Program-made: the position numbers and the translations under genes | Shown here: positions 1 to 9,616 of the stretch, piece after piece | How the letters are laid out: every line of letters starts with the position of its first letter | Numbering within the stretch: position 1 is the stretch's first letter | The notes under the pieces: model-generated | Database searches by the model: none | What the model was told of the DNA's origin: nothing | What the model saw: only the letters and a program-made list of their open reading frames with translations | Assembly (NCBI RefSeq): GCF_051307035.1 | Contig: NZ_CP195536.1 | Span: forward strand, 2,220,001-2,252,000 | Reading direction: 5' to 3' | Source: Psychrobacter sp. DM4 | GTDB lineage: Bacteria; Pseudomonadota; Gammaproteobacteria; Pseudomonadales; Moraxellaceae | Length of the DNA stretch: 32,000 bases

Positions 1-1241
1 GCGGCACTTGTGTCAACTGGGGCTGCGTACCCAAAAAAGTGATGTGGTACGGCGCGCAAGTGGCTGAAGCGATTGAGAAATATGCGCCAGATTATGGCTT
101 TGATGTCGAGTTAAAAGGCTTTGACTTTCAAAAGCTGGTCAATAGTCGTCAACAATATATCCAAAACATTCATCGCTCTTATGATAATAATTTGGCAAAG
201 AACGGCGTTGAAGTGATAAAAGGCTTTGCCAAATTCGTCGATACCAATACGGTCGAGGTCAATGGCGAGCAGATTACCGCTGACCATATTTTAATCGCGA
301 CGGGCGGTCATCCTATTTTTCCTGATATCAAAGGCGCAGAGCACGGTATCGATTCTGATGGGTTCTTTAGATTGAACCATCTACCAAAACGGGTGGCTAT
401 CGTCGGCGCAGGATATATTGCCGTTGAGATCGCAGGCGTGCTCAATAGCTTGGGTGCTGAGGTGCATCTGTATGTGCGTCAGCATTCGCCGCTACGCTCG
501 TTTGACCATACTATCGTAGAGGCATTACTGATAGAGATGGAGCAAGACGGTATTCAATTGCATACCGAAACGACGCTCACTGAAGTCAATAAAAACGACG
601 ATGGTAGTTTGGAGTTATTCACTAAAGACGGTAGTCTTGATACGGTCGAGTGTTTGATTTGGGCGATTGGTCGTGCGCCTTCGACCGACACTATCAACTT
701 AGACGTCACAGGGGTTGAGACGACGGACAATGGTAAAATTAAAGTTGATAAGTTCCAGAATACCAATGTTGAAGGTATTTACGCGGTTGGCGATATTATC
801 GAGCACAGTGTTGACTTGACGCCTGTGGCTATCGCGGCAGGTCGCAGGTTATCTGAGCGCTTGTTCAATGGCAAGACTGATGAACATTTGGTCTATGATT
901 TAATACCGACGGTTATCTTTACCCATCCGCCTATCGGTACTATTGGCTTGTCTGAGATTGACGCAATCAAGCATCATGGTAAGGATAATATCAAGTGCTA
1001 TACCTCAAGCTTTACCTCGATGTATAGTGCGGTGACTCAGCATCGTCAAAAGTGCGTGATGAAGCTTGTATGCTTAGGCGATGACGAAAAAGTCATCGGT
1101 TTGCATGGCATCGGCTTTGGGGTAGATGAGATGATTCAAGGGTTTGCTGTCGCGATTAAGATGGGCGCAACTAAGGCTGACTTTGACGATACTGTTGCTA
1201 TTCACCCTACGGGTTCAGAAGAGTTTGTGACGATGCGCTGA
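1..1241 (+). CDS. gor: Glutathione-disulfide reductase, 5'-truncated by the window edge
   Basis: The frame is open from nt 3 and reads [19 protein letters not shown]. The CxxxxC redox-active disulfide therefore lies upstream of the GTG where the ORF track starts. NAD(P)-binding motif [15 protein letters not shown] and C-terminal [12 protein letters not shown] are present. The protein is colinear with E. coli Gor as I recall it. Confidence 0.95.
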   Translation, partial: GTCVNWGCVPKKVMWYGAQVAEAIEKYAPDYGFDVELKGFDFQKLVNSRQQYIQNIHRSYDNNLAKNGVEVIKGFAKFVDTNTVEVNGEQITADHILIATGGHPIFPDIKGAEHGIDSDGFFRLNHLPKRVAIVGAGYIAVEIAGVLNSLGAEVHLYVRQHSPLRSFDHTIVEALLIEMEQDGIQLHTETTLTEVNKNDDGSLELFTKDGSLDTVECLIWAIGRAPSTDTINLDVTGVETTDNGKIKVDKFQNTNVEGIYAVGDIIEHSVDLTPVAIAAGRRLSERLFNGKTDEHLVYDLIPTVIFTHPPIGTIGLSEIDAIKHHGKDNIKCYTSSFTSMYSAVTQHRQKCVMKLVCLGDDEKVIGLHGIGFGVDEMIQGFAVAIKMGATKADFDDTVAIHPTGSEEFVTMR

Positions 1242-1293
1242 GTATGGTGTACTAATTGATGATGCGCTCGTTTTTATTGTCTGAGTCAAAATC

Positions 1294-1326
1294 AAAAGGC
1301 TATTCTTGATAGAATAGCCTTTTCTG
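1294..1326. terminator. Bidirectional rho-independent terminator between gor and the convergent lipoprotein gene
   Basis: Perfect 13-bp stem: AAAAGGCTATTCT (1294-1306), loop TGAT, AGAATAGCCTTTT (1311-1323). The GC core GGCTATTCT/AGAATAGCC is followed by a T-run on both strands. Confidence 0.75.
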
Positions 1327-1366
1327 GGACAGTCGTGTCGATAAAGACAGTGTTTAATATCTTAGG

Positions 1367-1828
1367 TTACTGGCTACAAGTACCTTTTACACCAAGTTTT
1401 AGATCAGATATTGCCTCCCTACCTTCACTTTCTGTTACTTGCTTTAAACCCGCACCGCCAACGAACAGACCAGGTTTAATATACTGTTTTATAAAATAGT
1501 TCTGACCGGTAGCTGTGTTAACCATCAAATCATTTGGCGAAAACTCAGACTCAGTAGAAACTTTATGCGCCCTATTACCTAATACTTCATGATAAAAAAA
1601 CGTTCCGCGTGCGGTCTCTCCGATACATTCATCATCTACCCATGTGTCTTTTTTGAGGGCAGCACCGATCACACTATTACTACGATAAATGTATAAGCCA
1701 GCATTGCCATCACTAGGGGCGTTGACTTGCTTAATAACATTTGAGACTTCTGCTTGCTCCGTTGGAACGGACGCACAACCAACAAACAAACTTGAAACAG
1801 CGACGATAAAAACGATCTTTTTTAGCAT
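1367..1828 (-). CDS. Lipoprotein, DUF2846-like (function unknown)
   Basis: Signal peptide plus lipobox MLKKIVFIVAVSSLFVGC. The pattern GLYIYRSN...IGETARGTFFYHEV...GQNYFIKQY resembles the DUF2846 family as I remember it. Confidence 0.7.
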   Translation of the reverse strand: MLKKIVFIVAVSSLFVGCASVPTEQAEVSNVIKQVNAPSDGNAGLYIYRSNSVIGAALKKDTWVDDECIGETARGTFFYHEVLGNRAHKVSTESEFSPNDLMVNTATGQNYFIKQYIKPGLFVGGAGLKQVTESEGREAISDLKLGVKGTCSQ

Positions 1829-1927
1829 AATATTTCTCTAAAGATAAGGTGGATGTGTAGTGGTCACTTTATTTTTTTAATATTAAATCGCTTTGGTATA
1901 AATAACTTATAGACACATAGCTCAGCT

Positions 1928-2296
1928 CTAATTACCCAAAACCCATTCATCATTCACTTGATACACTCTGAAGTTCCCTTTATTAGTGCGGCTATTGCCC
2001 GCAACCGTTTGAGTAATGTCAGCGGTGCACATATAAGTATTGTCACCCTCAGTCGCATCACAATTGACATCGTCCACGCTCTCAAATGTTGGCATCATGC
2101 CTGCCATCATACCGCTCATAGCCTTTGCCATCTCATCGTTACCTGCTTGTGACATCGCATCATCCATCATACTACCTGCTTGCTCATACTGATCTTCGAT
2201 TAAGCCCTCAACCGTGCTAGCAGAAGGCGCATCAGAACAAGCAGCGAGCAATAGAGCTGATAATGCAATTATTGATGACATTCGCAAACCATTCAT
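1928..2296 (-). CDS. Small Met/Asp-rich lipoprotein, function unknown
   Basis: Lipobox LSALLLAACSD. Met-rich stretch MMDDAMSQAGNDEMAKAMSGMMAGMMP. A GGGA-like SD lies 5 nt upstream of the ATG at 2296. Confidence 0.65.
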   Translation of the reverse strand: MNGLRMSSIIALSALLLAACSDAPSASTVEGLIEDQYEQAGSMMDDAMSQAGNDEMAKAMSGMMAGMMPTFESVDDVNCDATEGDNTYMCTADITQTVAGNSRTNKGNFRVYQVNDEWVLGN

Positions 2297-2492
2297 ATTA
2301 ATCCCAATATATCTATAGTGTTACATTACTATACAGAATTATTTTTTAAAACCCAACTTAATTTCTAAAAATTTGTTTATAAACATAAAACCATTCGTTT
2401 GTACTTCAATATATTTAGGAAGTTTAAGATGCAACAGACAGATATGACAATCTTGATACTGCTATGATGATTTAAATAATAATAGTTGCGAG

Positions 2493-2714
2493 ATGATTGT
2501 GTGGCAAATTTACCTTTATATCCTACCTATAGGGCTTGGGATTATGACCTTAGCAGCAAGTCTACTATGTCTGTTTGCATACCTTATGTCTGATGACAAC
2601 GCCACGCGCTTGCCTGCCTTTAACTGGTTTAAGCGCTTAATTATCGTCGCGTTTTTGCTCTTAAGTGTCGGGCTATTTATGACCTTTGGGCACTTTTGGG
2701 GACAGCAAAGGTAG
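2493..2714 (+). CDS. Hypothetical two-span membrane protein (73 aa), uncertain
   Basis: Two hydrophobic spans (ILPIGLGIMTLAASLLCLFAYL and LIIVAFLLLSVGLFMTF). The SD is weak, and the stop lies 2 nt from the convergent GNAT stop. Confidence 0.35.
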   Translation: MIVWQIYLYILPIGLGIMTLAASLLCLFAYLMSDDNATRLPAFNWFKRLIIVAFLLLSVGLFMTFGHFWGQQR

Positions 2715-2716
2715 CG

Positions 2717-3337
2717 TTATGAATTGACTATTTTTTCAAGCTCTAATAGCTCCAAATCTTGCCTTTTAGGCTCGCCATTATTGCCATCGTTTGGAAATGG
2801 CATGCTGTTGCCATTTAATTCATACCCTCGGCGCTGATAGTAAGCCAATAGCTCAGGGCGATGACTCAAAATAGACATAGTCAAACGGCTTGGCTGCTCG
2901 CTCTCTTGCTTATTACTGGATAGTAAATGCCGCGTGGCAAAAGTCTCAGCGGCTTCTAAGATAACGTTGCCAATGCCGCACCCTTGTAAGTCTGGATGTA
3001 CAGCAAACATACCGATATAAGCTTTTTTGCTGAAGTTAACATCCGTTTTTATATTAACTGCGATACAGCCGAGTAGCTCGCCAGTCTCTTCACTATCGCG
3101 TTCGCCCGTTATCGTTTTTGGGTACACAAAGAAGTAGTGTTTTGGATCGTTAATAGTGCTCATAAGCTCGGTTTGGGTAATACGTATCCCACCAACCAAA
3201 TCTGCTTCATTGGTCCAACCCTCCGTCTGTCGATAGCATCGGTTTAACAGATACTCAAGTGCGCCACTATCATCCGCTTGTGCTTGGCGTAAAAACACCT
3301 CATTTTTATGTATTTGATTATTCATATCTTGACTCAT
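2717..3337 (-). CDS. GNAT-family N-acetyltransferase
   Basis: Acetyl-CoA binding motif FAVHPDLQGCGIGNVILEAAE (Q/RxxGxG/A). I prefer the ATG at 3337 (MSQDMNN) because of the GAGAAG SD-like upstream sequence. The track start at 3370 would overlap the upstream terminator tail. Confidence 0.85.
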   Translation of the reverse strand: MSQDMNNQIHKNEVFLRQAQADDSGALEYLLNRCYRQTEGWTNEADLVGGIRITQTELMSTINDPKHYFFVYPKTITGERDSEETGELLGCIAVNIKTDVNFSKKAYIGMFAVHPDLQGCGIGNVILEAAETFATRHLLSSNKQESEQPSRLTMSILSHRPELLAYYQRRGYELNGNSMPFPNDGNNGEPKRQDLELLELEKIVNS

Positions 3338-3367
3338 CGTCGCTTCTCTACTTATCAATAGAACATA

Positions 3368-3402
3368 CAAAAGGCTGACCTAAATCAATAGATCAGCCTT
3401 TA
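3368..3402 (-). terminator. Rho-independent terminator of the Rieske/FAD oxidoreductase gene
   Basis: 8-bp stem AAGGCTGA (3371-3378) / TCAGCCTT (3393-3400). On the minus strand it is followed by TTTTGTATG. Confidence 0.6.
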
Positions 3403-3428
3403 TAGTAAACCTTATAGCGCTCTAAATA

Positions 3429-5033
3429 TTAGCGCGATAATACCTTTGCTTGATCAACAATATCAAACCCTGCATTTATTTGCGCACGCGTTGGTGCATG
3501 ACCGCGGCGTAATAATTCAGAGAACGCAATCAGCTCTTTATCACGTCCAAGTGAGCTTGCGGCACTAGCGCGTGTGTTCTCTTTTTCATCATCGAAATAG
3601 TATTCGATGTAGTCTAGCGTATCGGGCGAGCCGAATAGAATATTGTGATCAGGCGTCATAGCATGACCACTGTATCGCAGACTCTTACCGTACTGCATAG
3701 TCCAAAAGAAAGGAATACGCTCCTCTAACGAGTTGACGTCATCCTCACCCAAGATAGCAGCTGCGGTTACGATGCCATGTTGCAATGCCACACGCCAATG
3801 CTCGATACGCATCCGTCCCATTTGATTGGTGGCTTTAGCGATATCACCTAACGCATAAACGCCATCACGCAGTTGTAAATGGTCATCCACTTGTACACCG
3901 TCTGGGTCATTCACATCGTTCAATAGCTCAGTACGCGGCGCCACACCAGTCCCCAAGATGATAACATCAGCATCGAGAGTACTACCGTCTGATAGCGTAA
4001 CGCCAGTAACCTTGCTATCGCCGTTGATTTGATCAACGTTTGCGCCAAAGGCAAACTTGATGCCCTTTTGTTCATGAAGTTTGATCAGAGCATTACTGAC
4101 CGTTTCTGAGACGATATTGCTCATAACGCGTGCGCTACGTCCGACGATAGTAATAGAAGTTGTCTCGCCTGCCTGCGCTAATGCAGCCGCCGCCTCCATA
4201 CCGATAAAGCCCGTACCAACGATCACAACCTTTTTATTATCTGTAGCGGTTTTGATAGCCTTGGCATCATCCATACTACGCAGCGTATAGACGCCATCCA
4301 AGTCCGCACCTTTGAATGGTGGTACCTTGGGCTCAGCACCTGTTGCAATGACTAAGAAATCAGCACTTTGTTGCGCGCTTTCACCTTTCTCATTTTTTAT
4401 AACGATGGTGCATTCGTCAGGTAGCACGTCACTCACCGTTTGGTTCAAGCGCAGATCAATATTGTTGTTGCTGGCCCAGTCTTTGCCGCCTAGCAATAAC
4501 TTATCTTCGCTCATACTCCCTGCCAAAAATGCCTTGGATAACAAAGGACGATTATAAGGCGCTTTGTCCTCCTTACTGATTAAGGTAATCTTGCCACCAT
4601 AGCCTGTATGACGCAGCTGATCGGCCGTCATAAAACCCGCTCCGCCGCCGCCAACGATAATAGTGTGGGTGTCGGTGAGTTTGTCATTCTCTAGGCGCTT
4701 ATCCACCTTCGCTGAAGTATCAACGCTCAAGCTATCGCCCTTATCTGTCAGCTCATATTGAGTCAAGCCGCGCATCGCGACTGGCTCCAATAGTTTACCG
4801 TCGCGACTATCAAAGCTGGCATGATGCCACGGACAGATCACGCGATCACCGCAGCGCATACCCTCGCCTAAATCTGCACCCGCGTGCGGGCATTTACCAT
4901 CAAAGGCGCTGAACTCATTATCATCGCGAGTGATTAAAATGATACTATCATCATCTTGCTTGTAGGACTTCATACCACCATTTGGAATGTCAGCTTTATC
5001 AATAGTGACGGTATTAATCATAGCGTTGCTCAT
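3429..5033 (-). CDS. Rieske [2Fe-2S] domain fused to an FAD/NAD(P)-dependent pyridine nucleotide-disulfide oxidoreductase (ferredoxin-reductase/AIF-like)
   Basis: Rieske ligands CPHAGADLGEG...CPWHHASF. FAD fold IIVGGGGAGFMTADQL and NAD fold VVIVGTGFIGMEAAAAL, plus GDIA near the C-terminal third. AAGGA SD lies 6 nt upstream of the ATG. Confidence 0.9.
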   Translation of the reverse strand: MSNAMINTVTIDKADIPNGGMKSYKQDDDSIILITRDDNEFSAFDGKCPHAGADLGEGMRCGDRVICPWHHASFDSRDGKLLEPVAMRGLTQYELTDKGDSLSVDTSAKVDKRLENDKLTDTHTIIVGGGGAGFMTADQLRHTGYGGKITLISKEDKAPYNRPLLSKAFLAGSMSEDKLLLGGKDWASNNNIDLRLNQTVSDVLPDECTIVIKNEKGESAQQSADFLVIATGAEPKVPPFKGADLDGVYTLRSMDDAKAIKTATDNKKVVIVGTGFIGMEAAAALAQAGETTSITIVGRSARVMSNIVSETVSNALIKLHEQKGIKFAFGANVDQINGDSKVTGVTLSDGSTLDADVIILGTGVAPRTELLNDVNDPDGVQVDDHLQLRDGVYALGDIAKATNQMGRMRIEHWRVALQHGIVTAAAILGEDDVNSLEERIPFFWTMQYGKSLRYSGHAMTPDHNILFGSPDTLDYIEYYFDDEKENTRASAASSLGRDKELIAFSELLRRGHAPTRAQINAGFDIVDQAKVLSR

Positions 5034-5273
5034 AAGTTATCCTTAACGGTTGTTATTGATTATCGAGTAAAAAGTAATGCTTGCACTAAAAGCATTCAAA
5101 TTGTACTAATTGAAAATATGATCCTTCAAAACGTGATCAAATATCAGTGATTTATCGATAGTAGCAAGAGTACCTAGCAGACGCTGTTTATTTGTAGGTT
5201 TGCTGCGTTGCAAAACGTAACTTCCAACTACGTAAATAGCCACTCAAACCATCCCTTTAAAAAAGACTGCTTT

Positions 5274-6461
5274 ATGACCACAAATACTTATGACCTCCCT
5301 GATATCAAAACCGTTAATTTTGCGATAGTAACGGATACCTCAAAGTTGCCACAGCCAACTATACCTCCCATAAAACAAGCCACTTATAAAACCCATAACA
5401 AAGACTTTGTCGTGAACGAAATACTAGATATCGACTTCACGGGAGAAGGTGAGCACTTGTGGCTACACATACAGAAGTTAGGGATGAATACGGCATATCT
5501 GGCGAAGCTTTTGTCAGAATGGGCAGAGGTTCCACTGCGAGACGTCGGGTACTCAGGACTCAAAGACCGTCACGCGCTGACGACGCAGTGGTTTAGTCTG
5601 CGTTTGCCTTTGCGGCAGTTGCCAGAGTCTGAGTTTGCCCCTGTAGATATCAGCGACAACGAGTCAGTCGTTATCCTCACTCAGCACTGGCATAATAAAA
5701 AGCTAAATCGCGGGACGCATAACGCCAATCAATTTATAATTACTTTGCGAGATGTCATCTTGCGAGATATTGAACTTGAAAGTGGTGATCTATCATCTGT
5801 AGAACAGCATCTAACTCATATCAGTACGACAGGCGTACCCAATTATTTTGGTCCGCAGCGTTTTGGCTGGCATGGTAATAATATCAAAGAAGCCTTGGCT
5901 TTATTTGCGCGTCCCATGCAAGAGAGCAAGCCTCAAACTAAAAAAAGCAAACGAAAACGCGTACCACGAGAGCAAAACTCGATGGAGTTGTCGGCAGCGC
6001 GTAGCTTGATATTTAATGAGATATTGGCTGCAAGGGTACGTGACGGCAGTTGGACTGCTGGCCTGGCAGGTGAAGTATTTAACTTAAACGGTTCAGGCTC
6101 GATATTTGCTAGCGAACAAATAGACGACACGTTACGCGAGCGCCTTGTCAGCGGTGATATTCATCCGACTGGTGTATTGTGGGGTACGCTCAATGATAAA
6201 GTCAGCGGATTAGCCGCGCAGCTCGAAAATGATATTGTAAAGAGTAATCCTCTATTAGAGCAGCTGGCAAAAGGGTTAGAGTGTCGCGATGTCAAAGCGC
6301 AGAGGCGAGCGCTACGATTACCGATTGAAAATATGAGTTGGGAATGGCAAAGCGAGCAAGGTAGCAATGAGCAAATATTGGTACTCAGCTTTGCTTTAAC
6401 AACAGGCAGCTTTGCAACTAGCGTACTCGCTTGCGTGGTTCAACACTTACAGACAGCATGA
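5274..6461 (+). CDS. truD: tRNA pseudouridine(13) synthase TruD
   Basis: Motifs FVVNEILDIDFTGEGEH, GLKDRHALTTQW (catalytic Asp context) and GVPNYFGPQRFG, with C-terminal GSFATSVL. The protein is colinear with E. coli TruD. I prefer the ATG at 5274; the TTG at 5208 in the ORF track is an alternative. Confidence 0.9.
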   Translation: MTTNTYDLPDIKTVNFAIVTDTSKLPQPTIPPIKQATYKTHNKDFVVNEILDIDFTGEGEHLWLHIQKLGMNTAYLAKLLSEWAEVPLRDVGYSGLKDRHALTTQWFSLRLPLRQLPESEFAPVDISDNESVVILTQHWHNKKLNRGTHNANQFIITLRDVILRDIELESGDLSSVEQHLTHISTTGVPNYFGPQRFGWHGNNIKEALALFARPMQESKPQTKKSKRKRVPREQNSMELSAARSLIFNEILAARVRDGSWTAGLAGEVFNLNGSGSIFASEQIDDTLRERLVSGDIHPTGVLWGTLNDKVSGLAAQLENDIVKSNPLLEQLAKGLECRDVKAQRRALRLPIENMSWEWQSEQGSNEQILVLSFALTTGSFATSVLACVVQHLQTA

Positions 6462-6485
6462 TTAACGTCGTTGTCTTCGATAGTA

Positions 6486-7880
6486 CTATTTGCAATAACG
6501 CTGTTTGGTAATTGTCCCTTGTGCCAAAAGCTCGTTGGCACTGATGACTTGATTGCGACCTAGATTCTTAGCTTTATATAGCGCTTTATCAGCGATACAA
6601 ATAAAATGCTGGCAGATATCATTAGGTAATAGTGCTATATTTTTGTCTGCTACAGACGGTATTTTGTAAGTCATCAGCTCTTTATAATTGATAGTATAAA
6701 CTCCAAAACTGGCACTGATATCTAGGCTCTCACTATTGTCAATCAAGGCTATAGGATGCTGAGCAATATCTTGCCTCAACTGCTCTGCGACACGCATTGC
6801 CTTATCATGTGTGGTATTAGGCAATACGACCAAAAACTCTTCACCGCCATGACGACTTACAATAGGCGTTTTTTCGGATATATCTGATTCTGGCAACGCC
6901 GTCAACAGTAGGCTTGCGACTTCTTGTAGTACTCTGTCACCTGTATCATGGCCTTGTCTGTCATTAATGTCTTTGAAGTTATCAAGATCGAGTAAAACAA
7001 TACTAAAACTTTGCTCAGCTGACATTTGACTCAAAGTTTGTTGCATTCTTTTAAGTCCATAGCGACGACTTTTGAGTTGGGTCAGCTCGTCTTGATTGGC
7101 ATGCTTTAGACTTTGATCTTTGCTAGCGTAAAGAACCAATAGCAATACTCTAAACACCGCAACGATAAATATCGCTTTGGGTAGCGCCAGATACATATGG
7201 GTCAAACGCCAAAAAAAAGCAGAGGAGTGCTGGATTTCTCTCACGCTCTCCCATCTCAGCTCATTGTTTTTAAAGTTGGAAGCGGCGATGGCATTTTCTA
7301 AGGTCATCACCTCGTTGTAGGTCAATTGCTGATATACCTCAGGAGGTAGAGAGGTAATGACCAGTTGACTGAGATTGGGCAACGCTATACCAAAATAAGG
7401 CAAGGACACTGCAAAGACAATCAAAAAGGTTTGTACCAAAAAAGCGCGCCAAATATAACGCTGCTCAATCAACATCATGCCAAGCATCGCCCCACCGACC
7501 AAAGACACCCCTGCGAGCAAGCTGCTATATCCCATAATGACGATAGCAATAGCAATATAGACGGTGTATATAGTGACAAGGATAATCTGCCAATTATGCA
7601 AACGTTGATCTAGAGTTTTGATAAGAGAGACGTGACCGACTATCCAAAACGAGAACAGTCCTATGATGGTTATCCATATCCAGACAGGATAGAGAAGTTC
7701 CATATCGACATAGAGGCCATAAGTATCTCGATTGAACCAGACAAATAGGCACCACAGCCAATGTAGTGCCACTTCAATCGCCACAAATAGAGCAAATAGT
7801 GATGCTCTGTCAGCAGCTTGCCACTCAAATATGATCTGAGTGAGCTTCTTATAGCCCAGCTGATCTACAGATACTGACAT
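6486..7880 (-). CDS. Membrane-bound diguanylate cyclase (GGDEF domain, GGEEF active site)
   Basis: The C-terminal part has LLDLDNFKDINDRQGHDTGD...SRHGGEEFLV...ADKALYKAKNLGRNQV. The N-terminal ~250 aa carry about six hydrophobic spans. Confidence 0.9.
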   Translation of the reverse strand: MSVSVDQLGYKKLTQIIFEWQAADRASLFALFVAIEVALHWLWCLFVWFNRDTYGLYVDMELLYPVWIWITIIGLFSFWIVGHVSLIKTLDQRLHNWQIILVTIYTVYIAIAIVIMGYSSLLAGVSLVGGAMLGMMLIEQRYIWRAFLVQTFLIVFAVSLPYFGIALPNLSQLVITSLPPEVYQQLTYNEVMTLENAIAASNFKNNELRWESVREIQHSSAFFWRLTHMYLALPKAIFIVAVFRVLLLVLYASKDQSLKHANQDELTQLKSRRYGLKRMQQTLSQMSAEQSFSIVLLDLDNFKDINDRQGHDTGDRVLQEVASLLLTALPESDISEKTPIVSRHGGEEFLVVLPNTTHDKAMRVAEQLRQDIAQHPIALIDNSESLDISASFGVYTINYKELMTYKIPSVADKNIALLPNDICQHFICIADKALYKAKNLGRNQVISANELLAQGTITKQRYCK

Positions 7881-8022
7881 GAATAAGTAGCCAAATATTT
7901 TTCGCTTGTGTTACTCAATTATATACAAGTGTTAAATGATTACCGCTCTTACTTTGTTACAAGCTTATTCGTATTGTCTGTACCGCACTGTCTCAAATTG
8001 AGGTTCTACAATTATTCTAATG

Positions 8023-8904
8023 CTATGAATACAGTTTAAAGTCCTGCCAAACGCCCTGCTGATCAGGGGTCAAAGTAGGAATATCGCCCAGCTTGCGCCA
8101 TGGCATATTGCTACCATGAAAGTCGCTACCTGTAGATACACCTAAATTATGTTCAGCAACACTACGATCGACCATGCGCCGAGTACTGAGCGGTTCGCTA
8201 TCGGCAGGTAACTCGCAGGCATCACCACCAAGCGCGGCGAACTCTTCGATCAGTTTACGTACCCGCGTGGCTGAAAGCTGATAGCGAGTAGGATGAGCCA
8301 GTACTGCTTTACCGCCGCAGGCATGAATGAGGGCGATGCCGTCCTCCATACTCAGCGCATCGAGAGCCACGTAAGCAGGTTTGTTGTCAGCCAGATACTT
8401 ATCGAATGCCTTTTGTACCGTCTTGACCTCACCGCGCTCAAACAATACTTGTCCGATGTGCGCGCGCCCTACTGCTTGGGGATTATTACCCGCTTTGATC
8501 AATACCTCCTGCCATAACGTGTCGAACTCAATGTCTAACAGCGCACTTAGTTTTTCAGTGATACGCTGGCCACGTGTAGCACGGCTGTCTTGTAAGTGCT
8601 GTAAAGTGGCATGCATCTGCTTGCGATCAGTAAAATCTAGACCCACCACATGAATGATTTTATTGGTGGATTTATTTTTGCCGTAGCCGCCGCTCAAAGT
8701 ATGCTTGCAGCTGATTTCCACCCCATTGATAAGTTGCATGTCATAAGTTTTAGCCGCAGTACGCGCCTCGTCTATTCCTGCCAAAGTATCATGATCGGTC
8801 AATGCTAAAACATCGACACCAGCAACGTGTGCGCGACGAACGACTTCAGCAGGTGCAAAGGTACCATCAGAGCAGGTACTGTGGCAGTGTAAATCGATTT
8901 TCAT
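8023..8904 (-). CDS. yciV: PHP-domain phosphoesterase, TrpH/YciV (RNase AM) family
   Basis: MKIDLHCHSTCSDG...LALTDHDT...GVEIS...AHP...TGSDFHG metal-ligand pattern of PHP domains. The gene is divergent from yciB-yciI, as in E. coli. Confidence 0.85.
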   Translation of the reverse strand: MKIDLHCHSTCSDGTFAPAEVVRRAHVAGVDVLALTDHDTLAGIDEARTAAKTYDMQLINGVEISCKHTLSGGYGKNKSTNKIIHVVGLDFTDRKQMHATLQHLQDSRATRGQRITEKLSALLDIEFDTLWQEVLIKAGNNPQAVGRAHIGQVLFERGEVKTVQKAFDKYLADNKPAYVALDALSMEDGIALIHACGGKAVLAHPTRYQLSATRVRKLIEEFAALGGDACELPADSEPLSTRRMVDRSVAEHNLGVSTGSDFHGSNMPWRKLGDIPTLTPDQQGVWQDFKLYS

Positions 8905-9006
8905 AAGTACAGCCTTATTATATTTAATCCGTGCGTTGATTGCTTTTTTTTAGCCCAGTAGACGTGTAAACTACTCCTTACGTTTTGGTTGGACATTATC
9001 CTAGCT

Positions 9007-9558
9007 ATGAAAGCTCTATTAGACTTTATTCCTCTGATTGCCTTTTTTATCGTTGCTCGTAATCAAGGTATCTTGGCCGCGGCAGGTGCTCTGCTTATAG
9101 CGACTCTCGTCGTTTATGCTATCCACTTTATTCGTCAAAAAGGCAAACTTGATAAGCAGCAATGGGTGGTTCTCTTGTTGACCATTGCCTTTTGCGGTAT
9201 TACCTTGCTACTACGCGATGACATCTACTTACGCTGGAAATCGCCGATTATAAACGGGGTCTTTGCCTTTGCCTTGCTCGTAAGCGTAGCGATTAACAAG
9301 CCATTAATGCGACTGGCTATGAAAGACGTCTTTACATTAACGATGAGCGGCTGGAAAAGGCTAACCATCGTTTGGGCGCTATTTTTCATGCTGATGGGTG
9401 TGTTGCATTATATCACAGCCTTTACTATGTCTAACGAAGCTTGGATTAACTTTAAAACCTATGGCTGGATTCCTATTATGCTCGTCTTCGTCATTGCTCA
9501 ATTTGTGGTACTAAAAAAGCATGTCAATCCAGCACTGACAGACAAAACTGCCAAATAG
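9007..9558 (+). CDS. yciB: Intracellular septation protein A (YciB/IspZ)
   Basis: MKALLDFIPLIAFF...WKSPIINGVFAFALL...WINFK aligns with E. coli YciB, which begins MKQFLDFLPLVVFF. I prefer the ATG at 9007 over the TTG at 8989. Confidence 0.9.
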   Translation: MKALLDFIPLIAFFIVARNQGILAAAGALLIATLVVYAIHFIRQKGKLDKQQWVVLLLTIAFCGITLLLRDDIYLRWKSPIINGVFAFALLVSVAINKPLMRLAMKDVFTLTMSGWKRLTIVWALFFMLMGVLHYITAFTMSNEAWINFKTYGWIPIMLVFVIAQFVVLKKHVNPALTDKTAK

Positions 9559-9616
9559 ATTCGCGACTTTTCTTTTATCGTACACCTGCGATTTTACTCT
9601 TAATTAAGGAGTCACC

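Noticed and set aside
554-766. Short antisense or alternate-frame ORFs inside well-supported genes. Examples: 554-766, 1958-2152, 4081-4290, 4312-4557, 5933-6130, 6161-6367, 7365-7613, 8293-8653, 11762-12092, 12276-12473, 13775-14192, 14266-14466, 14987-15169, 15493-15681, 15858-16262, 16321-16521, 16657-16893, 19162-19359, 20763-20972, 21081-21634, 23115-24000, 26903-27112, 28641-28850, 29758-30387, 31515-31962.
   Set aside because: Each lies entirely within a longer ORF that has clear family motifs. Their translations are low-complexity or Cys/Arg/Ser-rich with no motifs and no SD. They are typical shadow ORFs.
2429-2467. 12-codon mini-ORF (MQQTDMTILILL) with a good AGGAAG SD, 25 nt upstream of the 73-aa membrane ORF. 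It could be a leader peptide or a small hydrophobic peptide.
   Set aside because: It is too short to evaluate without conservation or ribosome-profiling data. AT-rich spacers generate such ORFs by chance.
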